Source: Oscillospiraceae bacterium
Lineage (GTDB): Bacteria > Bacillota > Clostridia > Oscillospirales > Acutalibacteraceae
Assembly: GCA_047777415.1 (NCBI GenBank)
Contig: JBKEEO010000002.1
Location: 672,420-736,419, forward strand
Reading direction: 5' to 3'
DNA length: 64,000 nucleotides
Made by a program: the position numbers and the translations under genes. Below the pieces are notes generated by a model, which did not search any database, was not told where the DNA came from, and worked only from the letters and a program-made list of their open reading frames with translations. Positions 17,464-28,100 of the stretch are shown here, one piece after another; the stretch's first letter is position 1; every line of letters starts with the position of its first letter.

Positions 17464-18843
17464 GGCTCTATAATAAATGTTGGGGTGTGACGAATAGGCC
17501 TGCGAAAAAAGAGCAAAAAAGTAGAGCATATTCGATGAAAAAACTTTAAAATGGAGATTACCACACCACCATTTGGGAGGTCATCGATATGCTCTGTACT
17601 CATTCTATCGAAAAATTGCTTGGATTAAAAGGGGTAATCGTAAAAAATGTGAGGCAATTGCCTGATAAAACGGAAATTTTTATTGAGTTACCGAGAAAGC
17701 CGCATGTTTGCCCCTGTTGTGGCCATCAAACCAGCTACGTTCATGATTACCGTTGTCAAACCGTGAAAGACATTCCCGCTTTTGGCAAACATACCTCCCT
17801 GATTCTACGAAAGCGCCGATATCGCTGCCATTCTTGTGGAAAGCGTTTCTTTGAGGATAATTCGTTTTTGCCTAGATATCATCGCATGACAAACCGTTTA
17901 GCCTCATATATCATTTCAAAGCTTTCCGACGTGCGTTCTTTTACCAGTGTAGCACGTGAAGTAAATCTATCTGTTTCAACTATTATCCGGATTTTCGATT
18001 GTATCCACTATGGAAAGCCACAGCAATTACCCGAAGTCGTATCAATTGATGAGTTTAAAGGCAATACAAGCGGAGAGAAATATCAGTGCATTCTGACCGA
18101 TCCGGTCCGTCACCGAATCCTTGATATTCTTCCTGCTCGTTACAACCACAAACTGACAGAATATTTCAGCCGGATTGACCGTTCTCAAACCAAACATTTT
18201 GTCAGCGATATGTGGAGTACATACGCCGGTATTGCTCAAACATATTTTAAAGATTCAATTTATGTCATTGACAAATATCATTACATTCGCCAAGTATTTT
18301 GGGCCTTTGAAGCCGTTCGCAAGGAAGAACAGAAAAAATTCAGTAAAACCCGAAGAATTTATTTTAAACGCTCCCGAATCTTACTGAACAAGCGATATCA
18401 ATTTCTCACTCCGGAGCAAAAGCAACAGGTCGATCTTATGCTCTATGCCAGCAACCGTCTGCTGACAGCCTACTCTCTTAAAGAACAGTTCTTCAAAGTC
18501 CTGGATTCTCCCGATAGTCAATCTGCACGGACAGCGCTATCCCATTGGATTATGGCCGCACAAAACAGTGGTCTTTCAAGATTTGTTGCTTGTGGAAATA
18601 CCATGGTCCGCTGGTCAAAAGGTATTCTAAATTCGTTTGATTGTCCTTACACCAATGGTTTTACCGAAGGGGTTAACAACAAGATTAAGGTACTCAAACG
18701 CAATGCCTACGGTTATCGTAATTTTCGTCGCTTCCGCAATCGTATTCTTCACATGTTCCATCATTCAACGAAAAATGGAGCAGCTTAACGCCGCTCCATC
18801 CGGTGTTTCCATTTTGGGTTACCCCAACTATTGACATAGAGCC
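17464..18843 (+). mobile_element. ISL3-family element copy 2, 1380 bp
   Basis: GGCTCTA...TAGAGCC ends; 8 bp TSD TTGAGAAA (17456-17463, 18844-18851). Confidence 0.95.
17589..18788 (+). CDS. ISL3-family transposase (intact ORF)
   Basis: 399 aa, near-identical to 7894-9093. Confidence 0.95.
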   Translation: MLCTHSIEKLLGLKGVIVKNVRQLPDKTEIFIELPRKPHVCPCCGHQTSYVHDYRCQTVKDIPAFGKHTSLILRKRRYRCHSCGKRFFEDNSFLPRYHRMTNRLASYIISKLSDVRSFTSVAREVNLSVSTIIRIFDCIHYGKPQQLPEVVSIDEFKGNTSGEKYQCILTDPVRHRILDILPARYNHKLTEYFSRIDRSQTKHFVSDMWSTYAGIAQTYFKDSIYVIDKYHYIRQVFWAFEAVRKEEQKKFSKTRRIYFKRSRILLNKRYQFLTPEQKQQVDLMLYASNRLLTAYSLKEQFFKVLDSPDSQSARTALSHWIMAAQNSGLSRFVACGNTMVRWSKGILNSFDCPYTNGFTEGVNNKIKVLKRNAYGYRNFRRFRNRILHMFHHSTKNGAA

Positions 18844-18848
18844 TTGAG

Positions 18849-18884
18849 AAAAAGCACCGAGGCAAATGATATCGGTGCTTTTTT
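18849..18884. terminator. Bidirectional terminator (rluA or IS versus hisE)
   Basis: AAAAAGCACCGA-11 nt-TCGGTGCTTTTTT. Confidence 0.8.
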
Positions 18885-18885
18885 A

Positions 18886-19212
18886 TTACGTATTTTTATC
18901 TACCTGATGAAATTTTTTTAGGTTTCCTGTTTTTTGACTTCGCTTGTTAAGCTCCGCTTCCACTTCTTCCGGAGAAATTCCCTCGTTTACCATCAAAACG
19001 GTCAAATGATACAGCAAATCCGATATTTCTGCAACCGTATCAGCATTTTTGCCATTCTTCGCAGCGATAATCACTTCACTGCATTCTTCTCCGCATTTTT
19101 TCAAAATTTTATCTAATCCCTGCTCAAACAGATAACAAGTATAGGAACCCTCGCGATGTTCGGATTTTCGGCTTAACACAGTCTGATACAAATTCCGCAG
19201 TACATCATTCAT
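18886..19212 (-). CDS. hisE: Phosphoribosyl-ATP diphosphatase
   Basis: [29 protein letters not shown]; ATG 19212 overlaps the hisI stop. Confidence 0.93.
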   Translation of the reverse strand: MNDVLRNLYQTVLSRKSEHREGSYTCYLFEQGLDKILKKCGEECSEVIIAAKNGKNADTVAEISDLLYHLTVLMVNEGISPEEVEAELNKRSQKTGNLKKFHQVDKNT

Positions 19213-19564
19213 CGGTATCCCTCCAAATTTCATTAAAAAAACAACTATGTGAACCTGTATGACACGCCGCACCAGTTTGCCGGACAATAACGAGCAAAGT
19301 GTCGCTGTCACAGTCCCCAAAAATTCGTGTTACTTTCTGTACGTGGCCGGACGTTGCCCCTTTATTCCACAACTCTTTGCGCGACCGGCTGTAAAACCAA
19401 GTGTAACCTGTTTCCAGTGTCTTTCTCATAGATTCCCGATTCATATAGGCCAGCATTAAAACTTCGCCGGTCGATTCTTCTTGTATAATGGCCGGAAGTA
19501 GGTCTGCTTTTTGAAAAAAAGGTTCAATATCTTCATCACGGATTTTAGTTCCATGCAAATTCAT
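19205..19564 (-). CDS. hisI: Phosphoribosyl-AMP cyclohydrolase
   Basis: [37 protein letters not shown]. Confidence 0.95.
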   Translation of the reverse strand: MNLHGTKIRDEDIEPFFQKADLLPAIIQEESTGEVLMLAYMNRESMRKTLETGYTWFYSRSRKELWNKGATSGHVQKVTRIFGDCDSDTLLVIVRQTGAACHTGSHSCFFNEIWRDTDE

Positions 19565-20301
19565 TCTGTTTTTAGATCCCCTTTCGTTTCACTGCAAAGA
19601 GCAATGGCTTCTTCCAGCCGAAGTGTTCCTGCGTAAAGTGATTTACCGCAAATTGCACCATACAGTCCTAAATTAGATAAGTCTGAAATATCTTGCAGGC
19701 TGCGAATCCCGCCGCTGGCTATAATTTGACAAGAAACACTTTGCTGAAGCTGTTCCAGCATGGTAAGATTCGGTCCGGACAGCATCCCGTCACGCGATAT
19801 ATCTGTAAAGATAATATACTTTACGCCTACCTGTTCCATTTTTTTTGCCATCGTAAGATAATCCACACTGGAAGTCTGAGTCCATCCCTGCTGTGCCACC
19901 ATGCCATTACGCGCATCAATACCAACCGCAATTTTATCCCCGTATTTCTCTACGGCTTCTACAACCAGTTCCGGATGATTTACCGCGGCCGTGCCTAGAA
20001 TCACCCGGGAAATCCCATTTTGAAGATAAAAATCAATCGTAGAGATATCACGGATTCCGCCGCCAACTTCAAGTTTTAGGTCAGTTTTCCTTTGAATTTG
20101 AAACATCAAATCTGCATTCACAGGTTTGGCACTTTTCGCACCGTTTAAGTCGACAACATGCAGCCACTCGGCGCCTGCCTGCTGAAACGAATGCGCAGTC
20201 TCAACCGCATCCTCTGCAACACGATGTGCAGTACTATAATCGCCTTGAAACAAGCGCACACATTCCCCGTCTTTTAAATCGATTGCCGGCAATAATACCA
20301 T
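19561..20301 (-). CDS. hisA: ProFAR isomerase
   Basis: [31 protein letters not shown]; start reassigned to 20301. Confidence 0.95.
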   Translation of the reverse strand: MVLLPAIDLKDGECVRLFQGDYSTAHRVAEDAVETAHSFQQAGAEWLHVVDLNGAKSAKPVNADLMFQIQRKTDLKLEVGGGIRDISTIDFYLQNGISRVILGTAAVNHPELVVEAVEKYGDKIAVGIDARNGMVAQQGWTQTSSVDYLTMAKKMEQVGVKYIIFTDISRDGMLSGPNLTMLEQLQQSVSCQIIASGGIRSLQDISDLSNLGLYGAICGKSLYAGTLRLEEAIALCSETKGDLKTE

Positions 20302-20317
20302 GGCATATCCTCCTGAC

Positions 20318-20893
20318 TTACAAACTTCCTTTTGTCGAAAGCGGCCCCTTTCCTGAAGGTGTGACAGCAAGGCGTAGAGCATGCCCTAAAGCCTTAAAAA
20401 CAGCTTCCGTCTGGTGATGAGCATTTGTTCCGTATTTGACCGACACATGAAGGGTAATTCCAGCGTTAAAGGCGAATGCCCTTAAAAATTCCTCCGTCAG
20501 ACAGGAATCATAATCTCCTATTCTTTCCTGGCGGAAATCGGCATCAAAAACCAGAAATGGGCGCCCGCTGATATCAACTGCGGCAAAGGCCAGTGCTTCA
20601 TCCATTGGCACATAAAAATTACCAAATCTTGCTATGGAGGAGCGATCGCCAACAGCCTGTGCGAATGCTTTTCCTAAAACAATACCTGTATCTTCGACCG
20701 TATGATGTCCATCCACATGTAGGTCACCTGAAACGGAGACCTGCAGCCCGAATCCACCGTGAACCGCAAATGAATGAAGCATGTGATCGAAAAAACCGAT
20801 TCCTGTGGAAATCTCAACTAATCCGCCGTCTAAATTCAATTGCACAGAGCAATCCGTTTCCTTTGTCTTTCGTGTCTGATTGCCAACCCTCAC
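20318..20893 (-). CDS. hisB: Imidazoleglycerol-phosphate dehydratase
   Basis: TGIGFFDHML, DGHHTVED, PMDE, HHQTEAVFKA, STKG. Confidence 0.96.
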   Translation of the reverse strand: MRVGNQTRKTKETDCSVQLNLDGGLVEISTGIGFFDHMLHSFAVHGGFGLQVSVSGDLHVDGHHTVEDTGIVLGKAFAQAVGDRSSIARFGNFYVPMDEALAFAAVDISGRPFLVFDADFRQERIGDYDSCLTEEFLRAFAFNAGITLHVSVKYGTNAHHQTEAVFKALGHALRLAVTPSGKGPLSTKGSL

Positions 20894-20908
20894 CGTAACA
20901 CCCCCAAG

Positions 20909-21958
20909 TTATAACGCAGCTTCAAAGTGGTTGAAAAATTCTATATTCTCTTCGGGGGTACCTGCGGTGATACGAAGATAGTCCCCCAAAAATCGGACGA
21001 CAATCCCGGCTTTCAGAAGATTTTCAAACACACGTTTGCTGTCTTTGACGCGAACAAGCGTAAAATTAGTCACACTATCGTAAACCTTAATTTGATCTTT
21101 ATGGTTATGTTCGAGTGAGCGCAGCATGGCAAAAAGCTCTCTTTGGGATTTCTTAATCTCTTTCAGCCCCGAATAAATCCAATCTTTTTCCTGTAAGACA
21201 ACGGATCCGATTTTCTGCGAACACGCATTGACGTTATATGGGGACTTGACTGCGCGAATTGCATTGGTCAGGGACGAATTAGCTACTGCAAATCCCAAAC
21301 GCAGTGCTGCCATTCCGATGACTTTAGAGCAAGTACGGAGAATAATCAAATTCTCAAACTGGTCTGCTTCCTTTAACAAAGATTGATCCCAAAAATCCAT
21401 ATATGCTTCATCCAAAACAACCAGTGCATCAACGGAGCGAACCAGTTTCCGTACTTCTTCTCTGGTCAGTCCCTTGCCTGTTGGATTGCAGGGATTAGAA
21501 AAAATCAAAGCTTTTACGTCATATTCTTTAATCAGAGAAATCAGTTCGTCCAAATCAACGGAAAAATCCGGCTTTTTCTGGTATTCAAGACATTTTACCT
21601 CATTTAAATGACCATAAAAGCGGTACATGGAAAAATCAGAAGAGAGAGTCATAATCGCCTCACCCTTCATGACAAAGGCACCAAGAATCACAGAAATCAG
21701 TTCATCGGAACCATTCCCCGCAGTGACATTCGAGACGTCAATTCCATACAAATCTGCAAAACTGCGGCATAGTTCCTTTGCATACGGATCCGGATAGCGA
21801 TTAAAAACAACGTCTGCCGAAGCTTTTTTGATTTTGGCAATCATCTCGTCCGTAGGTTTGCGGAACGATTCATTTGCGTCAAGCCGAATGGGATAATTTC
21901 CTTGTATTGGCGTGTAGGGTTGCAAATCTCTGATTTTTGCGTTTAAACTATAAGCCAT
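20909..21958 (-). CDS. hisC: Histidinol-phosphate aminotransferase
   Basis: RLDANES, RYPDP, GNGSDE, NPCNPTG, DEAY, RTCSK. Confidence 0.93.
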   Translation of the reverse strand: MAYSLNAKIRDLQPYTPIQGNYPIRLDANESFRKPTDEMIAKIKKASADVVFNRYPDPYAKELCRSFADLYGIDVSNVTAGNGSDELISVILGAFVMKGEAIMTLSSDFSMYRFYGHLNEVKCLEYQKKPDFSVDLDELISLIKEYDVKALIFSNPCNPTGKGLTREEVRKLVRSVDALVVLDEAYMDFWDQSLLKEADQFENLIILRTCSKVIGMAALRLGFAVANSSLTNAIRAVKSPYNVNACSQKIGSVVLQEKDWIYSGLKEIKKSQRELFAMLRSLEHNHKDQIKVYDSVTNFTLVRVKDSKRVFENLLKAGIVVRFLGDYLRITAGTPEENIEFFNHFEAAL

Positions 21959-23243
21959 TTTGATTCCTCACCCTAATTGAATTTGCATGTGCTGTCAAGC
22001 CTTCTGCCTCGGCAAGTGCTATAATTTCGTTTGCCACCGGGTTTAGTGCCGTTTTCGTGTAGTAGAGAAAACTGGATTTTTTGATAAAACTGTCCACTGA
22101 AAGCGGGGAGAAAAAGCGTGCAGTTCCGCTTGTTGGCAGTACATGATTCGGTCCCGCAAAATAATCTCCAAGTGGCTCCGGGGAATATTCGCCTAAAAAT
22201 ACCGAACCGGCATTGTCTATCCTGCCCAAGTATTCCATAGGCTTTGATACGCAAAGTTCCAGATGTTCCGGGGCAAGTTCATTTGCAAATGCCACGGCGT
22301 TCTCCATATTTTTGCAAACCACGACAGCACCGAAGGTTTGCAGTGACTCTTCGATGATTTCACGGCGGGAAAGAGTCTGAATCTGACGTGCTATTTCATC
22401 AAGCGTTTGCTCAGCAATTTTTCGAGAAGTTGTCAAAAGAATCGAAGATGCAAGGACATCATGTTCGGCTTGGGACATTAAATCTGCGGCCAAAAAAGCA
22501 GGGTTAGCGGTTTCATCCGCTAAAATCAGGATTTCGCTTGGCCCTGCTACCATATCGATTCCAACTGTACCGTAAAGCTGTTTTTTTGCGGTAGCCACAT
22601 AGATATTGCCCGGCCCTACAATCTTGTCTACCATCGGAATGGAATCTGTTCCGAATGCCAGCGCGGCAATTGCTTGCGCGCCGCCAACTTGAAACACCCT
22701 GTCCACCCCGGCGATATATGCGGCTGCAAGAATGTTTGGATTCGGTTTTCCGTTTTTGCCCGGCGGGGTTGTCATGACAATTTCTTTCACACCGGCAATT
22801 TTAGCCGGGATGGCATTCATCAGCACAGAGGATGGATAAGCCGCCGTACCTCCGGGAACATAAATTCCCACGCGGGCAAGCGCACGAACTCGTTGCCCCA
22901 TCATCACACCGTCCGGGCGTGTTGTAAACCAGCTTTGTTGTTTCTGTCGATTGTGAAAATCCCTTATGTTTTCCGCTGCACGCTTTAGTGCGTTTAAAAA
23001 TGTACTGTTACAGGACAGTGCCGCTTGCTTTAGCTCATCGCTGCCAATTTCCATTGGCTCAGGCAAAGCACCGTCAAATTTTAAGGTGTATTCGCGAACA
23101 GCTGCATCACCGGATACACGAACATCCTCAATAATCTGTGCAACCGCATGTTCAATTTCCGGATTTGATTTTTGGCTGCGTCTTTTGAGCTGTAAAATTA
23201 ACTGCTTTCCAAAAGTTCCGTCATCTTCCAAAATCTTCAGCAC
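21948..23243 (-). CDS. hisD: Histidinol dehydrogenase
   Basis: YVPGG, GGAQAI, GPGNIYV, AGPSE, SQAEH, APEHLE, NHVLPT. Confidence 0.97.
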   Translation of the reverse strand: MLKILEDDGTFGKQLILQLKRRSQKSNPEIEHAVAQIIEDVRVSGDAAVREYTLKFDGALPEPMEIGSDELKQAALSCNSTFLNALKRAAENIRDFHNRQKQQSWFTTRPDGVMMGQRVRALARVGIYVPGGTAAYPSSVLMNAIPAKIAGVKEIVMTTPPGKNGKPNPNILAAAYIAGVDRVFQVGGAQAIAALAFGTDSIPMVDKIVGPGNIYVATAKKQLYGTVGIDMVAGPSEILILADETANPAFLAADLMSQAEHDVLASSILLTTSRKIAEQTLDEIARQIQTLSRREIIEESLQTFGAVVVCKNMENAVAFANELAPEHLELCVSKPMEYLGRIDNAGSVFLGEYSPEPLGDYFAGPNHVLPTSGTARFFSPLSVDSFIKKSSFLYYTKTALNPVANEIIALAEAEGLTAHANSIRVRNQNGL

Positions 23244-23899
23244 GCCTTTTCCTCCTCCCCGCCTTTTGCAGACTTATTAATGAATTTCTCCATACGGTCT
23301 GTTAATAGTTCAATTTCCGACTTTCGCAGTTTCATACTGGCTGCGTTTACAATCAGCCGTGCGGAAACACCACAGATAGTTTCTATAACCTTGAGTCCAT
23401 TTTCTTTTAATGTGGTACCCGTTTCAACAATGTCTACAATCGCGTCGGAGAGGCCAAGCAGGGGCGCCAGTTCAACAGAACCCTCAATTTTAATAATTCG
23501 GACATCCATTGCTTTACGATCAAAATAACTGCGAGCAACCCTGGGATATTTGGTTGCAATCGTTTTAGCTGAGTAACCGCTGAAAAAATTAGTTCCATTG
23601 GGCCCGGCCAATGCAAATCGACATTTACCAAAACCGAGGTCAAGCACTTCGTAAAAGCTTCCGCCTTTTTCCAGAATAGTATCTTTGCCCACCACTCCGA
23701 GATCACAGACACCGTATTCCACATACGTAATCACATCAGCCGCTTTTGCGAGAACGACTTCCAGTCCGTCGTTAACAGGCAAAATCAATTTTCTGCCCTT
23801 GTTACGCACTGCCGAACAGTCATAACCAATCTGCTCAAATAAATTCACTGTGCTATCTTCAAGCCTGCCCTTTGTAAGGGCAATTCTTAATGGTTTCAT
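23237..23899 (-). CDS. hisG: ATP phosphoribosyltransferase, short form
   Basis: IALTKGRL, DLGFGKC, ATKYP, GSVELAP, DIVETGTTL. Confidence 0.96.
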   Translation of the reverse strand: MKPLRIALTKGRLEDSTVNLFEQIGYDCSAVRNKGRKLILPVNDGLEVVLAKAADVITYVEYGVCDLGVVGKDTILEKGGSFYEVLDLGFGKCRFALAGPNGTNFFSGYSAKTIATKYPRVARSYFDRKAMDVRIIKIEGSVELAPLLGLSDAIVDIVETGTTLKENGLKVIETICGVSARLIVNAASMKLRKSEIELLTDRMEKFINKSAKGGEEEKAC

Positions 23900-23910
23900 T
23901 TTTACCAGCC

Positions 23911-25107
23911 TTATATCAGATTTATTGTTTTCACGGTTTCACCCACGAAATCAACTCGTTTAATGCCGCTTGACTGCGCATAAGCGACCGCTTCATCCTG
24001 CGTTGAAAATACGCTGGTTTCACACCGCAGACCTTTCGCAATCAAATCGGCAGCATATTCGAGCGCTTTAACTTCGTAATTAGTTTCACCGTGAACCAAA
24101 ATATCCATTGGAAGAACCGGACATACATTTCCGCGGTCAATCAGTGCTTTCGCAATTGCGTCCACATTGACTGCAAATCCGATTGCCGGCATGGGCTGCC
24201 CAAAATGCCCCAGCAAATTATCATAACGGCCGCCCAGCAATACCGCATCTCCAATTTCTTCCACATACGCGCTGAACACAATGCCCGTATAATAATCATT
24301 ACGTTGAACCAATCCCAAATCAATCATCAGCTGTCCGCTTTGCTCCAGTTGGGAAAGTGAGCGAAAAATTTTTTGCAAATAGTCAAGCGTCGCGGAAAGT
24401 TGCGCATCTCCTCGCAGAAGTGATGCACGTTCAAACACTTCTTCCCCTCCGAAGAGTCTTGGCAGCTCCCGCAGGGTACGGATATGATCATTTTCCTCAA
24501 AGCTGTCTAACAGCTCATGCAAACGTGCATAATTTTTCGTTTCTATCGCCGTTCGAATATCTTCTCTCAGATCTTCATCTGCGGGTACGTGTTCCATCAG
24601 AGAGCGGAAAAAATCCGCATGCCCTATTTCCAGCCGATATCCCGGAACACATTTTCCCAGAGCTTCCACCGCCGTAGAAATCACGTCCAAATCAGCGCGT
24701 ATTCCCCCGGCGCCCAAAAGCTCAATCCCGGTCTGCACGGATTCATCGCTTCGACCGGTTAAACCCGGATTGTTTCTGTAGATAGGCTGCGTGTAATACA
24801 GTCGAATCGGTCTTGGAAGATTCTGAAGACGTGTTGCTGTCAATCGCGCAATCGGAAGCGTTGAATCCGGGCGCATCACAATCAGCCTGCCGCGTTTATC
24901 CGTCATCTTGTACATGACTTCCTGAGATATCCCGGAAAAATCAGGGTCAAACACATCATAGAATTCCAGTCCAGGAGTAACTACTTCATGAAAGCCATGG
25001 GAAGAAAAGACATCGCTGATTGTTTTTTCAATATATCGTCTGGTCAGGCATTCTTCAAACAAAAAGTCTTTTGTGCCTTCGGGTGTAATTCGATTGTTTT
25101 TCTTCAT
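23911..25107 (-). CDS. hisZ: ATP phosphoribosyltransferase regulatory subunit
   Basis: HisRS-like fold motifs (PEGTKDF, MRPDST, YYTG, GGRYD), adjacent to a short hisG. Confidence 0.93.
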   Translation of the reverse strand: MKKNNRITPEGTKDFLFEECLTRRYIEKTISDVFSSHGFHEVVTPGLEFYDVFDPDFSGISQEVMYKMTDKRGRLIVMRPDSTLPIARLTATRLQNLPRPIRLYYTQPIYRNNPGLTGRSDESVQTGIELLGAGGIRADLDVISTAVEALGKCVPGYRLEIGHADFFRSLMEHVPADEDLREDIRTAIETKNYARLHELLDSFEENDHIRTLRELPRLFGGEEVFERASLLRGDAQLSATLDYLQKIFRSLSQLEQSGQLMIDLGLVQRNDYYTGIVFSAYVEEIGDAVLLGGRYDNLLGHFGQPMPAIGFAVNVDAIAKALIDRGNVCPVLPMDILVHGETNYEVKALEYAADLIAKGLRCETSVFSTQDEAVAYAQSSGIKRVDFVGETVKTINLI

Positions 25108-25136
25108 GAATGCCGCTCCTTAGTTATTTTGCAGCG

Positions 25137-25156
25137 CGCTTTATCGTGCTAACATG
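25137..25156. promoter_or_regulatory. Candidate HisR (YerC/TrpR-like) operator
   Basis: CGCTTTA-TCGTGC-TAACATG resembles the YACTTTA-N6-TAAAGTR palindrome (recalled consensus) and overlaps the his promoter -10/+1. Confidence 0.5.
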
Positions 25157-25182
25157 ATATCATACTAAAATATTCTTGTCAA
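25154..25182 (-). promoter_or_regulatory. sigmaA promoter of the his operon
   Basis: TTGACA-17 bp-TATCAT with TGn. Confidence 0.75.
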
Positions 25183-28100
25183 CTAAAACAGGGAAATCTG
25201 ACTGCTTTTTGGAAGATCTTTTAATACGCCTGCAGCCTCCATTGTCTCAATGACAGATTTGGAAACCTTAGCCCTCGCCTGTAAATCATCCACAGAGATA
25301 TATGGTCCCTTTTTCCCGGCCTCCGCCAAGCTTTTCGCCGCTGCCTCTCCCACTCCGGAGAGGGACAGAAACGGGAGTCGAATCTTGTTGTCTTCCACCA
25401 AAAACTTTTTTGCGTCGGATTTATAAAGGTCAACCGGAAGAACTTCAATGCCCCTTGCAAGCATTTCGTTGACAATCTGAAGTGTAGCGTAGGCGGCTTC
25501 TTCTTTTGCGGTAGCCTCTTTGCCCTTCATGACAATTTCATTCATTTTGCGCCGGACTGCATCCCTGCCCTGCATAACGAGCGCACCGTCAAAATCCTCA
25601 CCGCGTACGGTAAAATATGCGGCGTAATATTCCACAGGGCGATGGACTTTATACCAACCAAGACGAAGCGTAGAAATCATATAGGCCGCGGCATGCGCTT
25701 TTGGGAACATATATTTAATCTTCATGCAGGAATCAATGTACCACTGAGGTACACCGTGCTCCTTCATCGCTTGGATGTAATCTTCCGTGAGCAATTTTGG
25801 CGCCTTACCTTTTCGCGTAATTTCCATAATCTTAAACGCCATTTTGGGTTCTAAACCTTTGTGAAGCAGATAAGTCATGATACTGTCACGCGTACCGATT
25901 ACTTCGGAAATTGTACAAGTTCCGTTTTTAATCAGTTCCTGTGCATTGCCAAGCCAGACATCCGTACCGTGGGACAAACCGGAAATCTGCAAGAGGTCTG
26001 AAAATGTTTTGGGTTTCGATTCAACCAACATCTGACGGACAAAACTGGTACCTACCTCCGGCAGAGAAAAAGTTCCGGTTTCTGAATCAATATCTTCCGG
26101 CTTTACTCCAAGTGCCTCTGTGGAAGTAAACAGGGACATCACCTGCGGATCACTCATGGAAACGTTCATCACCGGAATACCGGTGTAGTCTTCCAAATAG
26201 CGGTATATGGTTGGAACATCGTGTCCCAGCTCATCCAGCTTGCAGATGGTGTCATGGATGGAATGAAAGTCGAAATGCGTTGTGATGCTGTCTGAATTCT
26301 GGTCATTAGCCGGGCGCTGTACGGGACAGAAATCATAAATTTCCTTTCCTTCCGGCACAACAACCATTCCGCCGGGGTGCTGTCCCGTTGTTCGTTTGAC
26401 ACCGGTGCAGCCTGCCGCAAGGCGGAGTTCTTCTGCACGGTGCAGTACAATTCCTTTTTCCTCTTCATACTTTTTGACGAAACCAAGCGCCGTTTTATCG
26501 GCGACTGTGGAAATAGTGCCGGCTTTAAACACGTGATCCTTACCAAAAAGTTTTTCCGTGTAGCGGTGAGCACTGGATTGGTATTCTCCGGAAAAGTTGA
26601 GGTCAATATCAGGTGTTTTGTCCCCATCGAAACCGAGAAAGGTTTCAAATGGTATCGTATGTCCGTCCCGATTGTATTCTGCCCCACATATGGGACATTT
26701 TTTCGGCGGAAGGTCAAATCCACTGCCAACGCTGCCGTCTGTAATAAATTCACTGTGTTTGCAGTTTGGGCAAACATAGTGCGGTTCCAGCGGATTTACT
26801 TCTGAAATACCCGCAAGGTTTGCGACAAAGGACGAACCAACCGAACCACGCGAACCGACCAAATAGCCATGTGCGACGGAATCGGCAACCAATTTTTGCG
26901 CAATCATATATAGAACGGAAAAACCATGTTTTGTAATGGAGCCTAGTTCCCTCTCCAATCGGTTTTTAACCAATTCCGGCAGCGGGTCGCCGTAAATTTC
27001 TTTTGCACGCGTCCAAGTGATATTGGTAAGCTGTTCTTCCGCCCCCTCAATAAACGGAGGAAATGTCCCTTCCGGAATTGGACGGATTTCTTCCACCATA
27101 TCGGCAATCCGATTCGGATTCGTAACGACAACTTCATAGGCTTTTTCCTTGCCCAAATATTCGAATTCTTTCAGCATCTCCGGTGTTGTTCTAAAATACA
27201 GCGGAGCCTGCTCATCAGCGTCTTTAAATCCCAGACTGTGCATTAATATTTTGCGGTATTCCGCATCCTTCGGATCCATAAAATGAACATCGCAGGTTGC
27301 AACAACGGGCAAGTTGAGCTTTTCACCCAGTTTTACCACAGTACGATTAAATTCTCTGATTTTTTCTTCATCCGGCACCATGCCTTCACGCACCATGAAG
27401 CGGTTATTTCCAACTGGCTGAATTTCCAAATAATCATAGAATGAGGCGATTTCACAAAGTGTCGTCCAAGGCTGCGCGCTAGTAATAGCCCTGTAAAGTT
27501 CTCCCGCTTCACAAGCACTGCCCACCAGAATTCCTTCTCGATGTTTTATTAATTCTGATTTTGGAATGCGAGGATTTCGGTAAAAATAATCCAAATGGGA
27601 TTTTGAAATGAGCTTATACAGATTTTTCAGACCAATTTGATTTTTTGCAATCAATATCATGTGGTAGGACTTCATCTTTTTGATATCGCCGCCGGCTAGG
27701 CTGCTATTGATATCCTGCACAGTTTTTGCACCGGTATCCTCAATCAGGCGCTGAATCAGCCGTAAAAATATCTGGCCAAGAACTGCGGCGTCGTCACAAG
27801 CGCGATGATGCTGGAACGGGTCAAGTTTTAAATATTTTGCTACCGTATCCAACTTTGCGTTTTTTATGCCTTTTAAAAGCGACCGACACATTGGAACGGT
27901 ATCTATGTAAGTATTCGAAAATTCAAAGCCGCATCGTTCGGAGGCTACACGAATAAACGAAGTATCAAAATCAGCATTGTGGGCGATTAAAACCGCATCT
28001 TTGCCGCAGAACTGAAAAAAACGTTCCAGGGCCTCTTTCTCAGAAGGAGCGTCCTTCACCATTTCGTCCGTGATTCCAGTCAGTTCTGTAATTTTAGCTG

